Of a stretch of DNA of 64,000 nt, positions 15,511-28,765 are shown in pieces. Under the pieces are notes generated by a model, which worked only from the letters and a program-made list of their open reading frames with translations, made no database searches and had not been told where the DNA came from. The first letter of the stretch is position 1, and each line of letters opens with the position of its first letter. Made by a program: the position numbers and the translations under genes. The stretch lies in the NCBI GenBank assembly GCA_012295275.1, contig CM022672.1, positions 21,452,001 to 21,516,000 of the forward strand, read 5' to 3'. The stretch is from Chrysomallon squamiferum. Taxonomy: Eukaryota; Animalia; Mollusca.

Positions 15511-16650
15511 ACAAATGATGTACAACCAGATAGATTTTCACTTAGGTATTGTTGTATATCATTTTAAAATTTATTTTTATTTAATTTTATTTGCAATATC
15601 AACAACATAACCACTGAAATGAACTCTTAGTGCCAACAACTGCACTGTGGTAAAGGTTTAGTTTGTTGTTACCTTTTACCTGTTGTCTGCACACACCATC
15701 AAACAGGTGAAAGAGCAATTAACAAGTAGATAGCTGTAGATAGATGTAGATAGATGCTAATTAGTACACACCAACAAGTCCTATGATGTAGAAATCACAG
15801 ACCATTGTTACTGTTGTTGTTTTTATTTGTTTTTGTTTTGGGATAGGGTTTAATGTTACAACCAAATCTTAAAACATTCAACTATAAAACAAATTCATTT
15901 ATTATCATTTATTTTTAATTATTTCAAATTGATATAGGAATAAAATAATGATTATTGAAAATGAATAAAAATTAAAACCACATTTTTGCTTTAGTATGTA
16001 AATGTAATATATCATTTTTTTTTTTTTTTTTTCTATTTTGGCTACTTTAATGTTTAATTTAAAACCATATGTCTGTTTTTATTGATTCAAATATGAAATG
16101 CAGAGTATGTTCAGAAAAACAGTGTTGTAACTGCCTCAAAGAATATTTCATATTTTTTTTAGCTGACTACAAAGAATCTGAAACGTTCCCATTACTGCAG
16201 AATTAGATTAATTTATGTTCAAAAGGATATTCTACTAATGTGTAGGCACTGTGACCCAGACATTCAGTCCATGTTTACTGACTGTACAGGACAGAGAAAC
16301 AAAGCACGAGGAAAAAACAAATTTCATTTCTTTCCCTTCAGAGTTTACATTTAATAAGTTAAAGAGACCATACAATCAAAGAAGCTTAGCAGATTATGCA
16401 GGTCAGAGGCATAGAACATCACACAACTTTCTTCATAAAGATACTTTTTCTTTCATATCATTTTACCAGGATTACTGCAGTTGTCAGATGTAAAGTGAAT
16501 TAATGTGATGATGAACTACTGTGATGAGAATGATGACAGAATTTCAGCCTATGATTTCAAAAGAAAAGAGAACAAAACAAACAAAATTATACGAAATTCT
16601 GACTGGTTAAAAAAGAGTTAAAAAAAAAAAAATTAAATCTAATAATAATA

Positions 16651-16698
<48 letters not shown>

Positions 16699-18168
16699 AA
16701 TAAACCCCCCAAAAATCAACATGAAATAGAAACATTTTCTTTTTTAATATAGGTTTCTTTTTTTCCTAATATCGTTCAAATTTAAAGTTTTTATAAAAGT
16801 CATTTAGGGTATAAATAAAATACCAAACAAAGCTTTATACATTAAGCATTAACACTTGTAATTGAGGTCTATGGTTAATGTCCAGAGACCTACAATGAAT
16901 AAATGAATATCTGATAATCCTTCAATGCATATTAATGCTAGCAGTTAAAGGCTGATTAAAGCCATTTCTCTCACAGTGACAAGATGTATTAGAATGCCAA
17001 AAGTTATCAGAATATCAAAAAGCTTTCTTAATTTATTAATCAGTACAATTTGTTATCATGAGATTAAAATCAAACTCTCATCAAAATGGATTTTTCCATG
17101 ATGTCAAGATATTCTTAGTCATTTTCCTGCTCAATATTTGTAAACAAAATCTGTAAATCAGTAAAGATTATATACTGGTATCTAATTTTAAAAAGTGAAA
17201 ATCAGCACAAGAACAGTAAATTTGATTTTAATGTCATCCTCTAAATGAAAAGTGACATCACACATGCTGTAAATAGATCTTAATATGTATTGATCGACTG
17301 AGGATTTTTATGATTTTTCTAAATAAATAGAGTATGTTCTAATCAATACAACTCCACTATATGTCGAATAAGACAAAAGTACGATTTATGGGTTTTCACA
17401 ATACAATGGACTTGGAGAAAAAGCAATTATTTCTTGCCAGTTTTGACAATGCAGTTTCCATACTTTGGCCAAGGCAAACTGAAAAACTAACAAAACAAAC
17501 AACAACAAAAAAAATCCAACTTTAAGTATGTGCTTTAAATAACACCAAGAAACAAAAAAGAATATTTTCTCCCAAAATAAAATGACACAACTCATTAATT
17601 TTAATGACAATTAAAAATCAATGCTCCGCTGCCCTGTTTAAAGTTTATGGATGAATAATTCATAAGAATACTAACACCTTAATTCAAGCCAAATCTTTCT
17701 TTCTATCCTGCAGTCTGGCTTGTGGCTGGGAATTCGTAAAGGACAATATTTGTGTTTATCAAACAGACTTCAAAGAATGCAACAACAGGTTTAGAGTAAA
17801 CAGGCTAATGGGCTGCACAATGTTGATAGTTTACTGGTAGAATAATGTTTATGTTGACCTAGTCTGCAGTCTCAGTGCATTTGTCTGCCCACTGACCTGC
17901 TGGTGTGTTTTCTGTAATTGCATAACCACCCATTACCTGAAATCCTGAAGAACAGATGTACGGAAAACTTGAAACATATAAGAAGTAAAATATAACTGTA
18001 AATAATTATTCTAACAAATGTTTTTTATGCAAAAATATTAAATATTATTAGTTTTGATTATGTTATTTATGCATATTATTGTTTCTATACTAATATTCAT
18101 GAACAGAACCAGAATTTTTGAAAAGAGAAAAATGCTATCATTGCGTAAGTTATTTCTTTAAACATTAA

Positions 18169-18389
18169 CACCTTCAGTGCTGGGCATTTTGGGGATTTTC
18201 ACAAATTGAAACAAGTTTCTGATCATTCTTGCCATGATTTTTCTGATTGCCAGGGAAGCCCAAAGCCAGCACTGGAAGTCACATCTTTAATGAGCGGCAA
18301 TTTTAAAAGTATGATGGAGATCACCGTCATTCTGCACCTTATCATATACATACTGCATTGTGGAGATCTGTCATTCAGCACCAAAGGTG
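18169..18389. mobile_element. Non-autonomous MITE with terminal inverted repeats, flanked by TTAA (piggyBac-like)
   Basis: Left TTAA|CACCTTCAGTGCTG; right CAGCACCAAAGGTG|TTAA. The reverse complement of the right end matches the left at 12/14. TTAA at 18165-18168 and 18390-18393. Confidence 0.75.
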
Positions 18390-18941
18390 TTAATGAATTT
18401 TACTATCAAGAAAAAAAAATCATTACAAATATAAAAAAAAATAAAAAAAAATAAATATCAGCAGCATATCCCTGAGGCACCACTCTCTAGATCTATATTT
18501 AATTATCTATTTCTTTTTTAACATTTTTATGTTTTTTTTTTTTTTTACTTTATATTTTACTTTTTATAATTACACTGACACACAGCAAATTTTGATGGCG
18601 AATGAGAATTAAGCAATTTTTTTTAAGATCAGCAAGGATGTTAAAAGTAAAAACAGAAGTTGAAATGACAGATAACAAAAACTATTATCATCATCATCAT
18701 CATAATCATATCCATGATATCATCATCATTATTATTATACTATCTTTATACAACACCCTTTCCACATTAAATCCAAATTAAATGCAAAGGTGAATTACAA
18801 TGTAAAAATAATAAACTCTTTTAAAGATGACAGACATATTCAAAGTTTAAAAATAAATCCAAATTATGATTAAAAAGTAGAATGTCATAAATTCTGAACA
18901 TACAGGAAGCTAAACATTTTAAGTATCTATTTAACCTTCGT

Positions 18942-18976
<35 letters not shown>

Positions 18977-19484
18977 CAAAATGTCTGTAACTTCCTCAAG
19001 TATTTGAAATGATTCCAAAATGCAAGCAAGATATATAATACCATTTACAGATACATGAATAATAAAAAAACAAAAAACATAAGTAGATATACTGGTATAT
19101 ACAACAAATGAATACACCATTTATACCGGTATACCCTAAAAATAAATAAGAAAAAATATAACTGATTATATAACTCCTGCTCTGTAATACATATATACAC
19201 AAACACACAGTGCAAAAGGTTATAGCTATAAAGAAAATATTGTGTAAGGAAAAAGAAATAAATATAACTTGGCAATAAAAGGTGTGAATAGAATGTAGGG
19301 AGAAAACCATAAACAAGGATGTAAGCTGAAAGGAGTAAATGAGCATGTACAGTAGGCTGAAAGACATAAACATGGTTTTACTGACTTTCACTGCATTGTC
19401 ATTGACCCAGTAACTCACAATGTGCATGGAACAGCTACACTGATATGCAGGCAGATGTGCATCACATGTGCATTACATTAGACC

Positions 19485-19690
19485 CATGATGTAGCTGAAT
19501 AACTGTTCCAGAAATAACTTTATTTAAGCTGTTTTCTGAAGTTATAAAGAGAATTCTTCTCAAAATTATCCATAAATCTTATTGTGTTTGTTCATTCATG
19601 ATGTAGTCATAAAAATATTTCAGAAATAACTTCATTTAAGCTGTTTTCGGAAGTTATTAACAGAATTCATACCAAAATTATCTCTAATTT
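19485..19690. repeat. Diverged tandem duplication (~113-bp unit x2) with an internal inverted repeat
   Basis: catgatgtag...cagaaataactt(t/c)atttaagctgttttc(t/g)gaagttat...agaattc...caaaattatc occurs twice. Confidence 0.85.
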
Positions 19691-22600
19691 ACATGCCGTG
19701 ATATTGGTATAATTCAAATTTCTTTTTCTTTTTAGAAAGTTTATTTTACCCTGTTTTGATTGCTCATTCAGTATATAACTATAAAAATTTATTTATGTCT
19801 TTTTCTAACATAATTCATCTCTACAATACCTGTAATTTATTCATGCATATACATGGACATGGATAAATTTTAATTTAGTTTTTAGCATGTAAATTAGTTT
19901 TTTGTGTTTCAGTCATAATATAATTACAAAAATATGAGCATTTAAACATTTATATTTTTATATATGTACATTAATATATTGTATGTATGTTGTAAATGTT
20001 TTGCACATCTGTACTGTGTTCCACATTTACACACTTGCTTGTTTTTATGGTGAAAGCTACACATTTATTTACCTCTGAAATAGCATTTTTATTTTATTTT
20101 ATTTATTTATTTTATTTTATTTTTTTTTTATGAATCATTACATGTTAAATTTACCAGATTTAGAATTCAGTTTAGCTATAAACTTTTTTTTATTTTTATT
20201 AAATTATTTTTATATATATTATGTTTTAAGTTTCATGAAAAATAATGAAATCCAAAAAAAAAAAATGCATTTTGAAACACAACCAACAATAAACAAAAAC
20301 AATAATAAATAAATGAAGTTGAATAAATATATAAATAAAAATAAAATAAACATGTATAATATACTATTTTGAATGTACATTTTATGATTCAACAATATCA
20401 ATCATTCGGTGGCTGAGATAATAAATTCAAATATAATCATTTTTTGACATGATCTTTACATCAGAATAACAAGGCTTAAAAACTGTTTTCAATAGAAATA
20501 TTCCGTTTACAAAGTTATGCTCCTATCACACACACACATTCAAATAAATACTATTTTATGCAATAGGAAAAGGTTTTAAATATGAATAAGCTATCAGTGT
20601 CAATATTTTCACAAGTATTATTTCTCTCTAAAAAGAAATATATATCATGGTAAATACCTACTGTTTGGTCTTTTGGGAGATTTGTTTGTTATTAGGCAGT
20701 TGTACATGTTCTAACTTGTTTTCTGTAAATAAGTCATCTTGCAGAGAGATGATTTCAAACAGAAATACCTAAATTATTATGAAATGTTCTTGCATAAATA
20801 TCTAATTCTGAACATTCTGTCACACTGAAAATGTGTGATATTTTCAACACCTGTAATATTTAAAACAAGGAACATCTAAACAGCTTGATGGTATTTTTGC
20901 AACAAAGGATGTAAATAAGAACCCTTCATTCTTTAATTATAAATTTAAACAATTCAGTTTAAAAATAAAATATATCAAACACGAAACAAAACAGTTATCA
21001 AAAAACCCAGAAGAATAATAAAAGTATGGCATTTAAAAGTAACAATTAATAATAACTTACAAGTTTAAATTAAAACAGTATATATGTATTTTTTTCTAGA
21101 CAAGCCTCAATTCATTACTAATATTATTATTAATAATCATTTTGAATATTATAACTACATAGATTGATTTATTTAGGCTACTGCAATACAAAAATGTTGA
21201 ATCATTAGAATTCAATTTAATTTAATATATATTAGTATTTTTGGTTATTTGTTTTTTATTTGCTTCATAAATCTTTACAATTTAAATTTTAAATTTTATA
21301 CTGAAATCTGACTATGGTAAGTTACCTTCTTTATTTGACATTCAGCAAGTAATTGTATATTTGCCTGATGGGATTATTAAACATTTAGTCATTTACTTGC
21401 TCAACAATTCATTAACCTGCAGTAATTAATATTTAAAAACACTTAATTTAATCTTACCATCATTGAAATATTCAGGAACAACTATCGAGCCATTTACTGA
21501 AAATAAATAGGGTTAAAACTGGTCTAAATTATTGATGTTATTTGTTCATACCTCATCTCGAAAGTACTGACAAAAAGTGTTAATTTGATGACTGGCTAAA
21601 GAAATGACACAGAACTTATCTATCCATTTAGGTATTGATTTGAAGCAGTCACCGTTAGCACACACAACCAGCAAAATGACACTTGGAACATCAGCTACCA
21701 TAATTATATTCACCTAACAAGATATAATTTGGTGTCTTTTACATGAACCTTCCATTCTGAAATGTGAATGTAATCAGTACACATATTTCTGTAGAATATT
21801 TGACAAATTATTTTTTTTTACTTATGTTTTTTCTACTTCTGTTAATAGATATGTGTATGTATGTATGTATATATCATTATATGTATGTAGGTATGTACCG
21901 ACATATTTGTGTGCATGCATATATGTATCTTCAAAATTATTTTTTTCTTTAATCACATGTTAAATTCAATTTGTAAATAAAACAGCATAAATTAACTAAA
22001 GGGAACAATAAAAGGATAATGTTTGTAATTATTCTTCATTCAAAAAAATATGAAAAGTAACAGAAAACAATTATAAATACCATTTAGTTTAAAATTATTA
22101 TTCATGACAGTCAAAATTTAAAATTCAACAATTAAAAAAAAAAATAAAAAAATAAAAAATACTGGGAATAATAAATGTTTTGTTTGTTTTCCCATTATTT
22201 TAATGAGAAAAAAAAAACAAAAAAAACATGTCCTTTCCTTTAAACAGTTTAAAAATATATTTTTTCAGTTAGTGACACATTTTAAACTTTAAACAAATGC
22301 TGTACAAGAAACAACTGGGAATAATTAGAGAACTGTAAGTTTCCTTTTCCACTTCTCTTACAGAAAACAAAACAAACAAAGATACTTTTTTCTTTAAACA
22401 ACTTACAAAATTAATTTAAATTATCATCACGTTTAAAATTAAGTTGTAAACCAAACACTGAAGAGAAAGAAAGAAAAATTAACAGAGAAAGAAAAAAAAC
22501 ACCCCAAAACATGAAGAGTAAGAAAAGTAAAAGATGGAGAAAGTGAAGAAATGAGAAACAGCAAGAGAAAGAAAGAAAGAAAACATATTTTTTATCTTTT

Positions 22601-23324
22601 TTCGGAATGGTAACAAATAACAAATGTATGTATTATTTTCCAGCTTAATCTTCAGCAGACAATCCCAAAGGTTAATGCTGAATTATTCTTGCTCAGTGTT
22701 TGTATAATTACCTGACAGTTTAATAAAATGCTATTGATTTATTTTCTCTCTTTTATCCTTCTGATGAATAAATGTAATTCTGTTGTTTTTTTAACCACTA
22801 CCTGAAGATGAGATAATAAAACAAACTGGATGCCATATATACACTTTATGGCTTAATTAGTGAAAGCCTGTGACAAGAAAAAGGATCTACCGTGTAGTGT
22901 GTCTAAACTTTAAGGTTTTTATGTAAATGAATAAAACAAAAAAATGTTCCTTATCCTTAGTCCCCCTTTCCTCGGCTAAAGCATTTCTCTAAATAAAATT
23001 TGATTTCACAGGATTAGTGTTTGTACTTCATGGCAGTGTTTATCTTATACATAACTAATTAAAAACACACTGACGAAGGAATGTAAACCATTTTCAACAA
23101 ACATATAATTTTGGGGAAAAACTGAACCAGTAAGAATTAAATTACACTTAAGTGAACTTAACCTGGATTTTTTTTTTCCCCTACTTTTTTTTTTTTTTTT
23201 TTTTTTTTTAAAACTGTGTTAAAGGTTATGAGTTGATATATTCAGAATTCAAATTTTTTATGTTTATTACAAAATTAATGACTGATTAAATTATATCCTA
23301 TACAAAGTTGTCCAAATAGATACA

Positions 23325-23355
<31 letters not shown>

Positions 23356-25986
23356 AATAAAATTAAAAAATACTAATTATTAAAAAAAAAAAAAAAAACA
23401 ATTAAAACATGAGAACAATTTGTTGTTAAAAACAAAAAATTGTTTAAGTCAAATCTGTGAAACTGTTATGTTTTTTAACAGATCACAACCATAATGGATT
23501 TTCAGTAATTTATTTAGCCAATTCACTTAAAATATTATTTATTTGTTTGTTCCATTTTAATTTTTATCATTTCATAAACAGAAGATAACTAGCCACCCAC
23601 TCATTCTAGGAAAACAATGGTTTCATATGAGATAATTTGCAAGTGCTGGTTTTATAACAACAATGAAATTCCTTGGAATTATTCACTGTGAGACTGCAAA
23701 AATTCTACAAATAAACTACAACCATTAACATTAAACATATATCCCACATAAATTAAAAAACAGAAATCAGTGTATTATTTTGTTCCAAGATAAGCAATAA
23801 TGTCATGAACTTTAAAAATATTTTAAATTCAAATATAAAAATTAAAATTTTGAATATTGTTTTATATTATTACCATATCTATTTAATTACAGGTTTTAAA
23901 AGTCATTTAGCAGTGTTAAATCCATGATCACCTATATCAAAAATGAAAACAAGATGTGTTTATCAGAGAATTATCTCTTAATACTTCCTCTTTAGTATTA
24001 GCAATTAATTTACGAGAATGCATGTTTTTAAAATCTTAGCGTCACCTAAATTTACAGTTTTGCACCTCAAAGAAATGCTTTTCATCTTGTGCCCACCTAT
24101 CAACAGAAGCTGTGGTATTATTACCATGATGTGTGGGTAAACTATGACTCAGCAGGCTCTGTTCTGAATCACTTACATTTACCTTTTTAACACACACTCA
24201 TACACACGTGTGTGCACATGTGTGCATGCATGCATGCATGTGTGTGTGTGTGTGTGTGTGTGTGTCAGTGCACCCAAAGATCACAGATGATATTTCCTCA
24301 TAGATCTTTTTATTTCAACTCTGTTTCTTTCTACATTTTAATTTTATTTTATTGAATGCTTTAAATTCATTATAATTGTTTGTTTCTTATGTTTATCTAA
24401 GTAGAAGGATCAAACTGCTCTCTCCTGGATATTGGTGCATATCTATTTCTGCCATGGCTGCATGATTTGAATATGTTTATCTGCAATACACTTTCTTGTT
24501 CAAAGATATGAAACTTTTTAAACCTCATGCAGTTAATTATGCAAATTTAATCTCCAGATCATTACTAAAATATCATAAAAATATTAGTAAATATTCATTT
24601 ACTGTAAAGAAAAATATACATATATATTTATACATCTAGACTATTATTATATTTTGAAATATCTAATTTCAATTCAATAAAATGATGGAGATGGTGGTGG
24701 TGCACATACGTTTGAGTGTGTTTCTACATTGGTGTTTAAAATTTAAATCTGTGAAAAAGAGAAAATTTCTTTCCACTTGTATAATTAAGTAAACATGCAC
24801 CAAGGTGAATAAAATGTTATATATTGATTAAATATCTAGATAAAACTAATGATGCTATTTACAGCATTATATCTACAGATTCAATATTTCTAGGTAAAGA
24901 TGCTATTTATAACAACATACAAATTCAATACTTTATCAAGGTAATGCAACGACTATATTATTACAGTTCCAACAAATTTTCATTGATGTCTTCTCATGTG
25001 GAAACACAGAAATGAACTGAACTAACTACAAGCTAAAACATGACATTTTATTCAACAGCTTTTTTTTTTTTTTTTTTTAAATACAAAGTAAATGACAGCT
25101 GCATTAAGCAATATCACAGAATCATTTTCAAATATATATATATATATATACTGATATATTCTGTTAATAAAAGCAACATGATATATATTTAAGAAAAAAC
25201 ATAATCTGCTACAGCAAAACAAATAATAATGTAGTTTTTTAAATGTAAAATATATAATAATTAATAAAAATATTTTGATTATGTTAATTTTTCCTTTATG
25301 AGAATATAATCTTATTACCATTAAGTAAATATTAAAGAGAGTTTTTTATTTCATCTTTTTTGAAAATGTAAAATTTATAATATTAAGAAAAAAGAATTGT
25401 AACATTTATTCATTTTGCTATTACAAAAACACCTTACAACAGACTAACTGTACTAGATGAAGATGTCTAAAAATAAAATGTCAACTGCTGATAAAATATT
25501 ACATAACTGTTAAAAAAAAAAAAATTACAGAATCATACAACATCATGAGTAATGAACCGTATCATTAATCCAGATAAATCCTTAACATCTATGTTTATCA
25601 ATAACATTTATGTGATGTATGAAATTCTTGAATATTCAACAGAGCCAGAAAACTAATAAGCATTAAGACAAAGTAGGCCATCCGCAGTATTAAATACGTA
25701 AGTTTTTAGTGATCCACTAGAGGAAGATGAACAAAACACTATTAAATAATCAATACTGAAAAATCCATTGGTCTATATCACAAACTCAGCTACAGAATAA
25801 CACAACATTGAGTGTGGTTTTTTTTTGGGGGGGGTTTCCTTACTCAAGGCTTTTGTATCCCACAACTAATAAACATGCCTTTTATCTAACAACAAGAAGA
25901 TCATGCAATATATGTATATATGTATGTGTATGTGTGTGTGTGTGTGTACCAATAAGTACATACATGTGTGTGTATGTGTATATATG

Positions 25987-26032
<46 letters not shown>

Positions 26033-26080
26033 TGTATACACACACATACACAACACCGTAGTGGATAGGAATATGCTTAC

Positions 26081-26670
26081 CTCAAATAATAGGTCAAACA
26101 AGAAATATTCCTTCTGGGCAGGTTAACACAAGCCTTGTCCAAGTATGTCAGGGTCCCTGCAGTGTAATTCATGCAAATATGTATGTCAGAAGAAAAAAAA
26201 AGATAAGAATGAAGAGAAAAACTCACTGACCCAATCACTGGTGCATGTCAACAGGTCAATAAATGAAGCCGAAAACACACACAACACATGTTGTTATGTT
26301 ACGTAGTATGCTGCAAACAACTCCAGCAGAGAATGGCTGGAGTCTATCTGGCAGGCTTACATATAGGCTGCTGTTGACTAAGACAGTGACAAAATATTTG
26401 TTGGCAGCTAAATCCTTGGACATAAAATAGATTATGAAGTCTCGAACTGGAGTGACTGAACTGTGTCTGTGTGTGCAAGATCAACTCTGACTGTAATTAG
26501 CAGCACGTTTGCTGTGAATGCATGTATGTGCAAGTGTTTATAAATATATTATATTTCACGAACATGACATGTAACATGTAACATGCACGTATCGCCGTAA
26601 AATGTCAAGTTGTATCACTGACAGTGTATTTGTGAGCAAATGATTATATTTCTTGAATGTGATAGCGGGA
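26081..26670 (-). promoter_or_regulatory. Putative internal alternative promoter and first exon
   Basis: Local CpG recovery inside a CpG-poor region; minus-strand donors GAG|GTAAGC (exon end 26081) and GTCAGTGAGT (~26230); 30-codon ATG-initiated frame ends at the first donor. Confidence 0.4.
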
Positions 26671-26711
26671 AATATGAACAAGTACTGTTAGCTTCAAAGT
26701 TTATGTGTCTG

Positions 26712-26715
<4 letters not shown>

Positions 26716-26785
<70 letters not shown>
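26716..26785. repeat. (ATT)n trinucleotide microsatellite
   Basis: Seen directly. Similar AAT/ATT tracts at 16641-16698 and 56377-56460. Confidence 0.97.
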
Positions 26786-28629
26786 GTAAATTATCTGGTT
26801 CATGTTTTTCATTCAAACACTTCCATATACAATATACATAAATTAATAGTTTTATCTTTGATTAAAAATATGATAATGCTGTGTATAAATGTTTCTGTGT
26901 TTCGATAAATACTGGGATCTATGAACATACAGATTTAGTTAATTAAAGATTTCTATGGTTAGAATTTATATCTCTGCAGAAAGTATTTGCATATTTGAAC
27001 ATACTTTCATATACATTTAATTAATTTAATTTGTAGTTAATTGGCATCAAATTGTTTCTGACAGAATGGATTGCTCTGAATATCTAGAAAGTAAACCAAG
27101 TTGAAATGCTAAGAGAGACAATTGCAACATTAAAAATTAAAATTTATCTATTACCTGGGGACAAAATGGTCTAAAATTGAATTATTACACCAAAAAGGAA
27201 AACTTGTCTCAAGTTGCAATTGATTTTAAAAATGTTTCTTTTTTTCTAAATTATATATTTTGTGTACTGTTTCGTTTGTTCTTTTCTTTTAAATTTGATT
27301 TTCTTCATCTTAATTACAAAAAGCTTCACAAAATAACGCGAAAAACTGTACAGCTACTTGAAATTTATATTAAAACATGTTGTAATAGTAACTGTAATTG
27401 CATAACTGACCTCTTATACTTAACAGTAACATGTACATCTAGTATAATTATAATAAATTTAGGACAGAAGTTATTGCTGAAAACATATTCTCATTTCATC
27501 TCACAGGAAGAATTACAACAGTCAAATTTAATCCATAAATGATTATTTTAAAACTTCCAAGTTTTTTTTTTTATATTTAAAGGAATAGAAATCTGTTCAT
27601 ACATGAAATAAGCAAACACTGATAAAATAACATGATTCTGTGTTGTGTAAATATGTATTTTTTATATATATATGCATTTATTTATGTTTAGATGTGTTTC
27701 TGTATGTGTGTGTGTGTGTGTGCATGTGTGTGCATATGTGAATGTTTGTTATTTATGCATTAATTCTGATTCATAATTTACTAAAAAATATAAAAATATA
27801 AAAATATTCTTAAAAAAGCAAGAAAGACTATAGTAGATCTACCCACTTTAAAAGGACTTTTTAAAGGCCAGTAATTAAGTAGGTCATCATTTTGTGATGT
27901 GTTTATCTTCCCAGAAAATGGTAACTGGATTAACTCAACAAGGTGCTGTCAAGCAGAACAGTGAATTGTGAAACATGTTTACAACAGCTGTTTATTATAA
28001 TGTCACGGGTTATAACCACTGCCAGATATTCATATTTTAATGAGATGTTAATGGGTGAAGTAACAGGATAAAATTTTAGGATTTCTTTGTTGGTTTTTTT
28101 CTTGATATTTTTCCCTCGGATTCTATTATATATAAAAAAATAATAATACCAATGACAAAAATAAAAATATCAAATCAAATGAAAGTTGAATATAACTATT
28201 ATGATTATATTCACATTATTTTTATCATATTTTAATGATTCAAATAAGAAAAGATAAATTTTTATTTTCATTCTGAACCAATAAAAAAAATATAATAATA
28301 ATAATAAATCAAATCAAATATACATATTTATCCAACATGCTGAACAAATATAGGTTGCTATATATAAAACTATTCCATTTTAAACAGAATGTCTGTGCTT
28401 TATCGCTCTTTCGTTTTTATTTTTAGAATAAGATGGTGAGCTCAAACAGCACTTGCATAACCTTCAACACGGTATGCATAATAAAAATGAATCAGCAGGC
28501 TATATAGCTCTGTTGTCGGCTGATCAAACATGGACTGCAGAAAACCATTAGTGCATTTAGTTGACTGAAGTCTGTTAAAACCATTGCCCTATATCTGGTG
28601 CATGTAAAACATATGTCCCTTCCACTTTA

Positions 28630-28765
28630 ATGACACTGGCACTGTCTTTCCCATACTAAATAAAGCCTTACAGCTAGCGTGACTCTTCCCCTACAAATCA
28701 CTGCACTAAGGTTGGTTTATGACACTGGCACAACCTTTCCTATTCTAATTAACGCCTTAGAACAA
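28630..28765. repeat. Diverged direct repeat (~89-bp spacing)
   Basis: atgacactggcac...ctttcc.at.ctaa.taa.gcctta at ~28630 and ~28719. Confidence 0.75.

Noticed and set aside
17930-17950. TTTCAG|GTAATG on the minus strand as a recursive-splicing point (similar CAG|GT at ~1342, ~7298, ~22710)
   Set aside because: Polypyrimidine tracts are weak and such motifs arise by chance; unsupported without nascent-RNA data.
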